DNA of 63,832 bases, filler included, from Octopus bimaculoides (lineage: Eukaryota): the NCBI RefSeq assembly GCF_001194135.2. It is 5 parts of 5 records of this genome, joined end to end, with 100 filler letters (N's around TTAATTAATTAA, not from the genome) between each part and the next. Parts side by side here need not be neighbours in the genome. Positions count along the whole stretch, not along the records: positions 1 to 21,269 come from NC_068983.1; positions 21,370 to 40,402 come from NC_069002.1; 3 more parts are not named here. One strand, written 5' to 3'. Shown in pieces: positions 14,421 through 28,095 of this stretch. The stretch's first letter is position 1. Every line of letters begins with the position of its first letter. Under the pieces are notes generated by a model that made no database searches, was not told the DNA's origin, and worked only from the letters and a program-made list of their open reading frames with translations. The position numbers were made by a program, and so were the translations under genes.

Positions 14421-15620
14421 TATATATTACTGATAGTAATATAATATATATGTGCTTGTACAAATTGTATTTAAAACAATGATAATTTATGTAAGATGTT
14501 TTTTGTATATAATATACATGTTATTATAATGGATGAAGGGATGATTATTGAATGGTTATTATTTTGATATTATGATATTTTTTAATAATTTTTCTATCTT
14601 TATATAAGTATTTCATTTTAATTCATTTGGTACTTATTGTTGGTTGAGATATATATATATCTAATTATTGTTCTACTTACGATCTGACGAGTAGCTATAT
14701 TTTTGAATAGAATTTATTTTCGATAATTTCAATTGATTTTAATCGATTTAAATTTCTTTTCTATTTAAAAATTAGTTATGAAACACGTGTAATCTTTTTA
14801 TTATATTTATCTTATGATATTTACTNNNNNNNNNNNNNNNNNNNNNNNNNNNNNNNNNNNNNNNNNNNNNNNNNNNNNNNNNNNNNNNNNNNNNNNNNNN
14901 NNNNNNNNNNNNNNNNNNNNNNNNNNNNNNNNNNNNNNNNNNNNNNNNNNNNNNNNNNNNNNNNNNNNNNNNNNNNNNNNNNNNNNNNNNNNNNNNNNNN
15001 NNNNNNNNNNNNNNNNNNNNNNNNNNNNNNNNNNNNNNNNNNNNNNNNNNNNNNNNNNNNNNNNNNNNNNNNNNNNNNNNNNNNNNNNNNNNNNNNNNNN
15101 NNNNNNNNNNNNNNNNNNNNNNNNNNNNNNNNNNNNNNNNNNNNNNNNNNNNNNNNNNNNNNNNNNNNNNNNNNNNNNNNNNNNNNNNNNNNNNNNNNNN
15201 NNNNNNNNNNNNNNNNNNNNNNNNNNNNNNNNNNNNNNNNNNNNNNNNNNNNNNNNNNNNNNNNNNNNNNNNNNNNNNNNNNNNNNNNNNNNNNNNNNNN
15301 NNNNNNNNNNNNNNNNNNNNNNNNNNNNNNNNNNNNNNNNNNNNNNNNNNNNNNNNNNNNNNNNNNNNNNNNNNNNNNNNNNNNNNNNNNNNNNNNNNNN
15401 NNNNNNNNNNNNNNNNNNNNNNNNNNNNNNNNNNNNNNNNNNNNNNNNNNNNNNNNNNNNNNNNNNNNNNNNNNNNNNNNNNNNNNNNNNNNNNNNNNNN
15501 NNNNNNNNNNNNNNNNNNNNNNNNNNNNNNNNNNNNNNNNNNNNNNNNNNNNNNNNNNNNNNNNNNNNNNNNNNNNNNNNNNNNNNNNNNNNNNNNNNNN
15601 NNNNNNNNNNNNNNNNNNNN

Positions 15621-15655
<35 letters not shown>

Positions 15656-16369
15656 TCATTCTATAATATAAATTGGACATGGGCGATCGTTGTATTCTTT
15701 CTTGTCTTGAGGTTCACAGCCAGACGGCTGGGTGGATTTGCATGAAAAATGGCACACATGTGGAAACGAGTGCATAGATTGGAATGCAGTTTGTATTTTC
15801 TTAGCCTCCATACTTACTGAGAAAATCGATTAAAACTTTTCTAATGGAATTCACCTGTTTGTTTCGCCATTAAAACAACCAGTTGCTCACACAGCCGGAA
15901 TATACCATTTCACTAGCAACAAGGGGAATACAAGATGACAGTTAGGCAAAACTTTTGCTATGCTGTCTTTCTTCTTTCACCTCTTTGTGGGGTTAAAAAT
16001 CTTAATCTTTAGTTACAGTTTCTCATTCAAACTACATAATAGGCAGAATTGTGAGATTAAGACAGTAGGGTGTTTTGAGGGAGATTTGGCTACTATTTCT
16101 ACCAGGTCTACCTACCATATAGAGGTTTGAACTTAATTTTCATTCACATATTTGCATTTCAAAAATTTAACATAATCTTTTCCATAAATCAACTATTGTA
16201 AAAATTTTATACGATGACCTCACATTTTCTATGTATGTGTGTGTTCCTTAAAAGATGTCAGTTGTCACGACACACACACACACTCTCACTCTATCTGTTT
16301 TTTCCACACCTTTTCTCTCTCACATACACATGCGCAAGCATGCACGCACACGCACACACACACATACAT

Positions 16370-16401
<32 letters not shown>

Positions 16402-17689
16402 GCACACACACACACACGCGCGCACACACACACATGTCCATTTCATATATCTTTCAATTTCTGCTCATGCAAATAAAACTTTTAGAGATACAACTGCTTA
16501 CAAAAATAGGGATTAGTGTATAATTTCTTTCTATGTTCATAATTAAATCAATGTTTTAATGATTAGACAGAGGTCCAATAGAATAGCTCTCAGAAACAGA
16601 CAACGTACAAATTTGTTCTTCNNNNNNNNNNNNNNNNNNNNNNNNNNNNNNNNNNNNNNNNNNNNNNNNNNNNNNNNNNNNNNNNNNNNNNNNNNNNNNN
16701 NNNNNNNNNNNNNNNNNNNNNNNNNNNNNNNNNNNNNNNNNNNNNNNNNNNNNNNNNNNNNNNNNNNNNNNNNNNNNNNNNNNNNNNNNNNNNNNNNNNN
16801 NNNNNNNNNNNNNNNNNNNNNNNNNNNNNNNNNNNNNNNNNNNNNNNNNNNNNNNNNNNNNNNNNNNNNNNNNNNNNNNNNNNNNNNNNNNNNNNNNNNN
16901 NNNNNNNNNNNNNNNNNNNNNNNNNNNNNNNNNNNNNNNNNNNNNNNNNNNNNNNNNNNNNNNNNNNNNNNNNNNNNNNNNNNNNNNNNNNNNNNNNNNN
17001 NNNNNNNNNNNNNNNNNNNNNNNNNNNNNNNNNNNNNNNNNNNNNNNNNNNNNNNNNNNNNNNNNNNNNNNNNNNNNNNNNNNNNNNNNNNNNNNNNNNN
17101 NNNNNNNNNNNNNNNNNNNNNATATATATATATATATATATAAACAAATAGTAAATGAGTATATGCATATATACGTACAGGTATGTGCATACTGACATCC
17201 ACCCGTATGTATAGGTGCATATCTGGGTACAGGACATTGCAAACAAAATGTAGACGAGAAAACACCCCTGACTTCAGTTTCAATAAAAAGAACGATATCC
17301 ACTGTAACATGTATAGAGCACTCCTTCACCATTCATTCAGCATTAAGAAATATATATACACACTGTAAATACACACACACACACTATTTTAAAGATTATG
17401 CAACTGAATGCTTAAAGAATAGTACACTTCTATTAATATATCTATAAATAATATATTTTGTTACGTTTATTATGGTGTAAAATTTAAGATGATAATAGCG
17501 ATTTCTGAGAAAATAAAAATTCTTTATTATAATAAATTTGATAGCCTATTGATCAAATCAATATAAATATTGACTTTGACATCATACCCCCAGGGAAATA
17601 TAAAAAAACCCTTTGTTAGTAGAGAAGATTAAATTATTGTGCTTCTGGGCAACAGGTTTATGTCTTGAATTAAATAAGGCAGGCTGTAT

Positions 17690-17820
17690 AAGTCATATGA
17701 CCTGCTAGAAATAAAAGCCAAATCTCCCTCACTTCATCCCATGTGATCTTAATAAAGAGATATCAGACAATGTAGATGCCAATAAATGATATGGCCATGG
17801 TTAGAACACCTTCAACCTTT
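17690..17820 (+). mobile_element. Dispersed non-autonomous repeat (gacctgctagaaata...gccaaatctccctc family)
   Basis: Related segments at ~6570-6720 (-), ~16040-16110 (-), ~28900-29010, ~36240-36290 and ~37470-37680. Confidence 0.5.
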
Positions 17821-18138
17821 CTGTTACCACATTGCTATTGAAATACATTTGTTTCAATTAATTTTTTTAAATAATGAATAACTTACAAAAACTTTTACAT
17901 AATTAAGCTAGTGTTTTGAATGTAAATTAACGTGAATTTTTTATGGAAGGTTTCGATTTTGAACATGTTGAAAAAGTTGCATTGTAGAACCAATGATGGG
18001 TTTTCAGACAGCTTGGCATCAAAAGAGTTAATGATATGTCTTCTTGATTGTGGCAAATCTATGCCTTAGCTATCATTTCCCACTTTACAGCCTAAGACTA
18101 AAGGTAACAGACTGGGTCTTGCGCCTGGCGTATAGTGG

Positions 18139-18171
<33 letters not shown>

Positions 18172-18845
18172 ATGTGGGAATGGGTATCTAAGAAGGTTTA
18201 AAGATGATAATACATTATAAGAAATTTTTTTACATAAGTTCAAAACAATTCATAATCTAATCATACTAATTACTTCAGTAAAATAATATACATAAATTTC
18301 ATATGCATTCAGGAATCAGGTTACAAATATATTTGCACATTATGTATATGAGTGAGTGTGCTTGTATTTGTCTCTCCGTCTGTAACTTGATTGTTTATGA
18401 CAACAAAACTTTGTAGTTTGGGTAAAAAGGAGTCCTATACAATAAATACAAGGGCTGATTTGATTAATTAAAACACTTCAAGGCAGTTACCCAACACAGT
18501 TGCAGTAAAAGAGTAAATATATATACATATATACTGGTTTCACATACATACATGTCAGCGTGTGTGTGTTGCTGAATCTTGTCCCAGTTTCAACAATGAA
18601 TACTCCAGTTACTCATTCAGTTGATCTACCTATTCATTGCTAGAAAACCTGTCTACCCAATTCCACTGACAATACTTGGGCTGACTTGAGGCTACCTAGC
18701 CTCAAGATGCTGGGATTGAACATAGAACCTCGTGACTGAAATATTAATAACTTAAGCATCGAACCATATTACTACCTAAATGTATGCACACACTTACACA
18801 CACACATACATAAACATATACATGCAAACACACACAAAATATGAC

Positions 18846-18887
<42 letters not shown>

Positions 18888-19624
18888 CATTTTAATGTCA
18901 CCTTTTCCATGGTTCTGTAAGCCAGATGGGAGTTGTTGAAGTAGGTTTTCTAATGCCAGATACTCTTCTGGTTACCAACCCTCACCTGTTTCAAAGCAAA
19001 GTCATATATCACTGTAGTTGGACATGTTTTCAAAGGTAGACATAAAATGAGGGCCACTGCTTGCATGATTGGTGATGCTCATTTATAGCCTTCACACAAT
19101 GTCAAGACAAGTAAACTCAAACAAACACAGACACATATGACGGGATTCTTTCAGTTTCCATCTACTACATTCGCACATAAAGCTTTGATCAGCTTGATAC
19201 TAAATCAGAAAACACATGCCTAAGTTGACACATAGGGGAATTGAACACGTAATCACGTGGTTGCAATGCGAACTTCTTAACCTTACAAGTACGGTTAATA
19301 TAAAGTTTAATATTTATTTAACCTGACTCTTAATCACATATTGTGAACTGCATGATCTTTTTCTGATCAAGACTATCCCTCAATGGGTGATCAACTTTAT
19401 TAGGTTCCGAGGTGGCAGAATGGAAGGTTCAACATTCATATAATTTCCAAGGACATGGGTAGAGTGTGTGAAATTTTGATTTCACAGATTTGATTAGCCA
19501 TCATTTTACCATGTATACTGCTGTGATCATCACACACACACACATGCACAAGTATATAGTTATACACAGATACATATAAACAATTTGATGGACTGAAAGA
19601 TGGCTAGATAGATACAGAATGGTA

Positions 19625-19820
19625 TATCATCATTGTTTAATGTCCGCTTTCCATGCTAGCATGGGTTGGACGATTTGACTGAGGACTGGCGAACCAGATG
19701 GCTGTACCAGGCTCCAATCTGATCTGGCAGAGTTTCTATAGCTGGATGCCCTTCCTAATGCCAACCACTCCGAAAGTGTAGTGGGTGCTTTTACGTGCCA
19801 CCGGCACGAGGGCCAGTCAG
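19625..19820 (-). mobile_element. RTE-type retroposon 3' end with (GAT)n tail
   Basis: Minus strand ends cgtccaacccatgctagcatggaaagcggacattaaacaatgatgat. Related copies at ~10700-10830, ~18850-19100, ~34850-35040 and ~38130-38290. Confidence 0.65.
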
Positions 19821-20746
19821 GTATATATATATNNNNNNNNNNNNNNNNNNNNNNNNNNNNNNNNNNNNNNNNNNNNNNNNNNNNNNNNNNNNNNNNNNNN
19901 NNNNNNNNNNNNNNNNNNNNNNNNNNNNNNNNNNNNNNNNNNNNNNNNNNNNNNNNNNNNNNNNNNNNNNNNNNNNNNNNNNNNNNNNNNNNNNNNNNNN
20001 NNNNNNNNNNNNNNNNNNNNNNNNNNNNNNNNNNNNNNNNNNNNNNNNNNNNNNNNNNNNNNNNNNNNNNNNNNNNNNNNNNNNNNNNNNNNNNNNNNNN
20101 NNNNNNNNNNNNNNNNNNNNNNNNNNNNNNNNNNNNNNNNNNNNNNNNNNNNNNNNNNNNNNNNNNNNNNNNNNNNNNNNNNNNNNNNNNNNNNNNNNNN
20201 NNNNNNNNNNNNNNNNNNNNNNNNNNNNNNNNNNNNNNNNNNNNNNNNNNNNNNNNNNNNNNNNNNNNNNNNNNNNNNNNNNNNNNNNNNNNNNNNNNNN
20301 NNNNNNNNNNNNNNNNNNNNNNNNNNNNNNNNNNNNNNNNNNNNNNNNNNNNNNNNNNNNNNNNNNNNNNNNNNNNNNNNNNNNNNNNNNNNNNNNNNNN
20401 NNNNNNNNNNNNNNNNNNNNNNNNNNNNNNNNNNNNNNNNNNNNNNNNNNNNNNNNNNNNNNNNNNNNNTATATATATGTGTATATATAACTTTTATATA
20501 TTTATGTTAGCATACATATGCATAATTGTATACACACACATATATCGTATTGTTTATTTATTTAGGAGCTATATGTAAGTTCAATCCTCACCTGGTTATG
20601 ATGAAGCTGTCAGGGCACACACATTATTTGTGGTTAGCTGCTTCACTAATCGGCTTCACTTATTTACTTAGTGGTCTTCTAAACTTCACTGATCTGAACA
20701 GAATCAATGTTTATAGAACCAACTGACACACACACAAACACACACA

Positions 20747-20784
<38 letters not shown>

Positions 20785-21269
20785 TCACATGTTTACTGGG
20801 ATACACAGACACACAGATAAACACACATACAGAGACATGTACATAAAACACAGAACCACAAAAATATATCTATGCTTTAAGACAAAATGTGTGTGCAGTT
20901 ATTTTCATATATATTATTCAATAGATGTAGATAACTGTCTGTATATATGTAAGTACATGTACACAAATACATATTCCGATGTATACATACATACATATAC
21001 ATAAAATATATACACATACAAAAAATAAGATATTTTATGGTAGAGGAATAGTATTTAACTACTATTTCTAAATTTTCGGTATGTGGTGAAGCAATTTGCT
21101 GAACCCTAATTATAATTATGCTTATAATTATAGAATTTTTGTATAAGGTTACCGATAAAGGTTATTTTAACATACCGAACTACTTGGTAAAATGATTAAT
21201 TATTAATTAATTAATTAATTAATTTTACCCTTTATTATTATTGAATATATACATACATATATATATATA

Positions 21270-21369
21270 NNNNNNNNNNNNNNNNNNNNNNNNNNNNNNN
21301 NNNNNNNNNNNNNTTAATTAATTAANNNNNNNNNNNNNNNNNNNNNNNNNNNNNNNNNNNNNNNNNNNN
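21270..21369. other. Artificial scaffold-join spacer (44 N + TTAATTAATTAA + 44 N)
   Basis: Exact 100-nt structure with the core at 21314-21325. Repeated identically three more times in the window. Confidence 0.95.
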
Positions 21370-22611
21370 ACAGAGAGGGAGTGAGATTGAAAGAGAAAGA
21401 TTAAAAAGAGAGAAAGGGTTATTCAAAGCACGAGGTGTTTAGGGATTTCTATCGTTTGTACACAGTAAATACAGAATGGTGGCCAGCTAATTCTAAGACA
21501 AGTTTTAGCTTTAAGTGACTGTGCGAGGAAATACAACTGAAAACATGGAAATAAGCAGATTTTAAGGTATGAAGATCAAAGGCAAAAATAAGTAGTAAGT
21601 GGAAGCCTGGCTAAAAGACAGAGGAAGACTTCTCTGGTCATTCTGTTATGGTCGTATTAATTCGGCAAAGATTTTAGGAGCAAGTGAAGGAATCGATCGC
21701 TTGTGTTAGTTATATAGCCCCAAACAGGCGCTGGGCAGGAGTTAATCGGAGGGGAGGGAGAAGATATATTTATGAATATATATTTACAGGATGTTCTGGC
21801 TAAATTTGACAGTTTGCCTAAGAGAAAAAGATAAACACAATATACCATCCAAAAATAAAAGTATTTTTAAAAAATCAAAAAAAATCAAGAAGATTCTGGC
21901 TGAGAGATAACAATTTACTGAAAATAGCTGCCCTCAGCTTCCACTATGGTCTCACTATAGTTTGCTAACCTGGAGAATATATACCAAACTTTCTAGAGAA
22001 AAGTATTGCTGAACTTTGGTTCTCAGGGACAGAGCAGAAATCCTTAATTTATGCACTACAAATGATCAAGATATCTTGGATAATAAAAATCTGCCAGACT
22101 TTCTTAGGATTTAAAGGATAATAAACAAAAAACATTGCCATGAAGCAGGTGAAAGGTGAAATCTAATTTTAAATTAGAAAGGAAAATACTGAAACAGATG
22201 CACACACACACGTGATGGGATTTCATGCCTTTTATTACCTCCCAATTCCACTTGCAGAGCTATGCTCGTTGTTGGGCTGTTGTTGAAAGCTCTTTTCCAC
22301 GGTACTGTGTACTGGGAGTGACCCCAAAATTCTGTGGTTGAAAAGCAAGCTTCTTAACCGTAGCCACAATGCTAGTAGTTATAAAAATAATCCTTTCTAC
22401 TACAGGCACAAAGCCTGAAATTTGAGTGGGGAGCTAGTGGAGTTCATTGACTCCAGTATGCAACTGGTACTTATTTTATTACCTCAAATGAATGAAAGGC
22501 AAAGTCAAACTCAGTGGAATTTGAACTCAGAACATAAAGACAGACGAAATACTACTAAGCATGTTGCCCGGTGTGCTAACAATTCTGCCAGCTCACCATG
22601 TTAATAATAAT

Positions 22612-23111
22612 GTGAACGTACACAGGCTCTACATGAAGAGATGTAAAGGCGGATGTGGGCTGGTTAGCGTACAGGAGTGCATCAACAGTGAAATAAGAAA
22701 CCTGGCAGAATATTTGGTAAACAGCAAACAAGATCTGATACAGTATGCTGCTAATGCAGAAAGATTTACCAAAAATGGACTTGAGAGTGCTAATAAATTC
22801 CGATCACGAATAGCCAATGAGAGAGAAGAAACTCTACTCTGTATGGAATTACATGGTCAGTTCCACTGTGAAACTAACAAATTAAAAGACCAGAAAGCAT
22901 CATGGAGGTGGCTCAGCAAGGGTGACCTTAAAAAGAAGACTGAAGATCTAATCATCCCTGCCTAGGATCAGGCATTTTTCTATTTTTTCCACTTATTCTT
23001 CGTTTCTTTTTTTGCCAAACAAACATTAAAGATGTACCAATAACTCCACTTTGAAGATACGCTCCCATTTAGAACTCATTTAAAATTCATACATTATCAT
23101 AATTGTTGTTG

Positions 23112-23152
<41 letters not shown>

Positions 23153-24230
23153 ATTATTATTATCATTATTATTATTATTATTAAGGTGGCAAGCTGGCAG
23201 AATCGTTAGCACACCAGGCAAAATGCTTAGCAGTATTTCATCTGTTGCTATGCTCTGAGTTCAAATTCTGCTAAGGTTGACTTTGTCTTTCATTCTTTCA
23301 GGGTCAATAAATTAAGTATCTGTTGAGTTCTGGGGTCGATGTATTCCACTCATCTCCTCCCCTGAAATTGCTGGCCTTGGGCCAAAGCTTGAGACTATTA
23401 TTATTATTAAGGTGGTGAGCTGGCAGAATTGTTACCGTGCTTAGCGACATTTCATGCGTCTTTACATTCTAAGATCAAATCCCACTAAAGTCAACTTCAC
23501 CAACTCAGTGAAAAGGGATATATACCACACAAGTGCAATGAACCTCTGCAGAATGTGAGGGAAGAGGGTCAAAAGCATGACTCTCATTGTTAGCGCTTGT
23601 GAAAGTCTTGCGCAGAATGAGTACAAGTGCAGAGAGGACAAGGTAGCCCTAAACCTTCACTGGCTACAATGCCAGAAGTATGGATATGAGGTAACAGGTG
23701 CTTGGTACCAACAACATACACCGGAAAAGGTAATGGACAAAAAGTGGAAGGCAAAAATCCTCTGGGACTTAGACTTCCAGTCAGACAAGGTGTTAGAGAG
23801 CCGTGAAGGCCGGATATAGTAACCTTTAGGAGGGACAAACAAGAGTGCTTAATAATTGATGTAGCAGTGCTAAGAGATCAGCATGTTGTCATGCGAGAAA
23901 GAGAAAAGACTGATAAATATAGAGACCCAAGAATTGAGATCACAAAGATGTGGCAGCCACAAGAGTCAAACATAAAGGTTGTCCCTAGTGTCATCGGAGC
24001 ATTGGGTTCAATACCGCCCAATCTAAAAAAAAACATCTGGAAACTTTAGAAATACCCTACAATCTAGGTGTATTGCAAAAATTGGCATTACTTGGAACTA
24101 CACGTATATTGCGTAAAGTATTGTCTGTCTGAGGTCCTTGTTGTGACTTGACAAACAGTACAAACTCCTTGGAAGACACAATATCTCTAATCAACAACAT
24201 CACAATATTAGATACTATGTGATGTCTTAA
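22612..24230 (+). mobile_element. 5'-truncated R4/Dong-like RLE non-LTR retrotransposon, split by a ~520-bp insertion (22977-23498)
   Basis: HRLYMKRCKGGCGL...LHGQF...WRWLSKGDLKK.TE.LI.A*DQA, then after the insertion TNSVK...CRM, a CCHC-type knuckle (IVSACESLAQNEYK), ILWD, PDIV, IDVAV, EK.DKY and ALLGT.RILRKVL. TAA repeats on both sides. Confidence 0.88.
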
Positions 24231-24535
24231 ATAATAATAATAATAATGATAATAATAATCCTTTCTACTCAAGGCCTTTGAGAGGAGAGGGTTAGTCGAT
24301 TAAATTGACCCCAGTACTTGACTGGTACTTATTTAATTGACCCTGAAAGGGTGAAAGGCAAAGTTGACTTCGGGAGAATTTGAACTTGGAATGTGCTGTT
24401 GGAAGAAATGCTACTAAGCATTTTTTACCTGACTTGGTAAGGATTGCTGCCTTAATAATGTTTGCTGCCTTAATAATGTTTGCTGCCTTAATAATGTTTT
24501 CTGCCTTAATAATAATAATAATAATGATAATAATG

Positions 24536-24570
<35 letters not shown>

Positions 24571-25049
24571 CCTTTCTCCTATTGGCACAAGGCCTGAAAT
24601 TTTGAGGGAGAGAGTTCAGTCAATTACATTAACTCCAGTACTCAACTGGTAGTTTTTTTTCATCGCCCCCTCCCCCCAAAGGATGAAAGGCGAAGTTGAC
24701 CTTAGTGGGATTTGAACTTAGAATGTAAAGACGCATGAAACGTCACTAAGCACGGTAATGATTCTGCCAGCTCACCACCTTAATAATAATAATAGTCTCA
24801 AGCTTTGGCCCAAGGCCAGCAATTTCAGGGGAGGGGATGAGTGGAATACATCGACCCCAGAACTCAACAGATACTTAATTTATTGACCCTGAAAGAATGA
24901 AAGACAAAGTCAACCTTAGCAGAATTTGAACTCAGAGCATAGCAACAGATGAAATACTGCTAAGCATTTTGCCTGGTGTGCTAACGATTCTGCCAGCTTG
25001 CCACCTTAATAATAATAATAATAATGATAATAATAANNNNNNNNNNATA

Positions 25050-25101
<52 letters not shown>

Positions 25102-25217
25102 CAACAACAATTATGATAATGTATGAATTTTAAATGAGTTCTAAATGGGAGCGTATCTTCAAAGTGGAGTTATTGGTACATCTTTAATGTTTGTTTGGCA
25201 AAAAAAGAAACGAAGAA
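22996..25217. repeat. Long inverted repeat: arms 22996-23498 and 24692-25217
   Basis: Arms are reverse complements, including a non-repetitive ~110-bp flank, a TAA tract and two SINE copies. About 7 substitutions by eye, plus microsatellite length differences. Confidence 0.92.
24445..24516. repeat. 18-bp tandem repeat x4 (tgctgccttaataatgtt), a reiterated SINE-head/TAA junction
   Basis: Read directly. Its reverse complement (attattaaggcagca) matches the (TTA)n-AAGGCGGC SINE 5' junction. Confidence 0.85.
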
Positions 25218-25425
25218 AAAATGGAAATAAGACAGGGAGAAAATCTCTAAACAACAATAACAACAACAATATGTTTATTAGTTTGAGTTTCTTTTAATTG
25301 TGTTTAATTAAGCATTAAGTATGACATGAAAACAATTTTAAAAAGTAATATAACATCTACTACATTCAAATATGCATGCAAAGACACACGGGCATACAAT
25401 GTATATATAATTATGTGTGAGTGTG

Positions 25426-25486
<61 letters not shown>

Positions 25487-25487
25487 A

Positions 25488-25534
<47 letters not shown>

Positions 25535-25695
25535 GTATGCTTTATATATACACATGTGTTTATAAATATGTATAAATGTATGTATGTATATATAATGATA
25601 TTATGTATATATGTATTATATGCATTTATATATGTGTGCATATATATTAAGTGATCATGTGTATGTGTATATATGTATATATCTATATATATACA

Positions 25696-25752
<57 letters not shown>

Positions 25753-26326
25753 GAATAAAAGAATGCATGTGTATGTGTTTTTATATAAATATGTGTGTGT
25801 GTGTGCTTTTGAAGATTTGGAACTTTCTTGTCTGTTTACATTTTATTTCAGTTAAAAAAAAAAAAAAAGAAAGAAAAGTTAATCTTTCAGTCCAAAAATT
25901 TTAATACAAATTAATTAATTCCTGCAATTTTATCAAAGTGGGTAGTAGTAGTGGGTGGGAAATATAATAAAAGAAAATAATTAAAAATTAAACAGAAAAA
26001 AATCCTCGAGGAATTTGTTTTTCTTTTTTTATTTCTAAGTTTTCTTTGTGTTTGTGTGCTATTTTTGAGAAATATCTTCCTTCAGTGGCCACCCCACTTG
26101 ATGTTACTTCCAAAATAAATTTGATTTGATTCTTAATTAATCATGCAATTATTTATGTGTATTAAATAAGAGGGAAAGTAGAAGTGGCTGGCAATACTTT
26201 GAGTATCACACAAAGTACTCTTATACTCCAAGGTGCTCTGTACCATTTTTCTGTGTCACTTTCCTCTAAGACATCTCTCTTAATCCAAGAGATTCTCTAA
26301 AATCTTCAATCTACCATTCTTCATGA

Positions 26327-26380
<54 letters not shown>

Positions 26381-26769
26381 GGTGTTGAGCTGGCAGAATT
26401 GTTAGCATGTCAGATGAAATGCTTAGCGGCATTTCATCCATCTTTACATTTTGAGTTCAGATCCTGCTGGGGTTAACTTTGCCTATCATTCTTTTGGGGT
26501 TGATAAAATAAGTACCAATTGAACACTGGGGTCAATTTATTTGACTTACCCCCTCCCCCATAATTACTGGCATTTTTGCCAGAATTGGAAACCAATATTA
26601 GAAAATATTTTTGTTATTAGTATTATTAGATTCATTATCATTATCTTTACCTTCTGTCCTTCAGGATCGGTCAAGTATTAGAATTGGTCAAATCAGTATT
26701 TATCTTGCTACAAATTTGGGCCCTAGGCTTTATGATTGAAACAATAATTATTATTATTACTATTCTTTT

Positions 26770-26995
26770 TAATTCAGGTTTTGTTGGAACCCCTGGAGTC
26801 TTGCATGTGTTGAGGGCTTGTTACCTGCAGCCTATGGTACCATGCTAGATGTTCTCTTCAATTATCTTATACTTACCTGATTATTCTGGCCGTGCCAAAA
26901 AGACAAACAGTTTTTTTTTTTACAATAGCTCTACTAGGCACTCTATTCCCATTTCCTTTATATTCCTCTTAATACCTTTTGATACTGCTAAAACC
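26770..26995 (-). mobile_element. Decayed 3' end of an R4/Dong-like LINE
   Basis: Minus strand reads GIKRNIKEMGIECLVELL...FGTARIIR followed by a UTR ending in a TAA tract. Confidence 0.5.
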
Positions 26996-27420
26996 ACATA
27001 TTGTCAGCCACTAAGGGACATGCTCAACTGGTTAAGGTCAAACAACTAACAAGCAAATCTATGGTATTGAGCAGTATATTTGCTGTAAGCCATCTTTTAT
27101 ACCAAGGCAGTGATGACACTTCTAATCAGTTAAGATCAGAAGCCATGAGAGCCACTGCCTGGTATTGCATCAAGGCATTTATTATTATTATTATTATTAT
27201 TAAGACGGTGAGCTGGCAGAAATGTTAGCATGCTGGGCGAAATGCTTAACGGTATTTTGTCTGTCTTTACGTTCTGAGTTCAAATTCTGTTGAGGTTCAC
27301 TTTGCTTTTCATCGTTCCAGTGTCGATGAAATAAGTACCAGTTGTGTACTGGTGTCAATGTTATCAACTATCCCCTCCTCCAAATTTCAGACCTTATTCC
27401 AGAAGTAGAAAGGACCATTA

Positions 27421-27454
<34 letters not shown>

Positions 27455-27792
27455 GGTGGTGAGCTGGCAGAATTGTTTGCAGCATTTCATCCGTCCTTAT
27501 TTTCTGAGTTCAAATTCCGTCATGGTCAACTTTGCCTGTCATCCTTTCAGGGGTCAATGTAATCGACTTCTTGCCTTTCCCCAAATTTCTGGCCTTGTGC
27601 CAAAATTTGAAATTTTCTTCATTATTATTCCTATTGCATTGACCCTTTGAGGGCCATCTTTGCTATTTATTTTTCAGAGTTGATAAAATAAAGTACCAGT
27701 CAAGTACTGGTGCCAATCAAGTAACTGATGTGCCCCTCCTTTCAAAATTATTGGCCTTGTGACAAGATTAGCAGAAATTATTATTATTATTA

Positions 27793-27827
<35 letters not shown>

Positions 27828-27829
27828 GA

Positions 27830-28095
27830 ATTATTATACTCTACTGAAGTTAACAGGGATGTTGTCTTGGAGTTTGGTGAGAAAGTCTCCTCAATTTTCA
27901 AGAATCCTTCTTGGGATTCTTGCAGAATACAGGCTGGCACTTTTCTGCAGATCAACAATGTGAGTCTCATTTCCTGTATTCTTAAGTCTCTTTGGCAGCA
28001 GTTTGGATGCTGTGCCAAGTACACCAATTATCACTGGAATAATTGCCACATCTGTCTTCCAGTTTCTTCAGTGCTTGGGCTAGCTCTTGATAGTT
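27830..28095 (-). mobile_element. 3' end of an R4/Dong-like LINE
   Basis: Minus strand reads IIPVIIGVLGTAS...ETHIVDLQKSASLYSARIPRRILEN*. It ends in the (ATT)n tail of the adjacent SINE. Confidence 0.7.

Larger units (their letters stand above)
22392..27776. mobile_element. Cluster of about 10 family-A tRNA-derived SINEs embedded in (TTA)n/(TAA)n
   Basis: Shared head aaggtggcgagctggcagaatcgttagc and body gttgactttgcctttcatcctttcggggtcgataaattaagtaccag. Copies at ~22392(-), 23183(+), 23409(+), 24250(-), 24570(-), 24793(-), 26379(+), 27201(+), 27452(+) and 27675(+). Confidence 0.85.

Noticed and set aside
21640-21680. VVLIRQRF resembling INPP5F N-terminal LILIRQK
   Set aside because: Immediately followed by a stop, with no splice sites or extended similarity.
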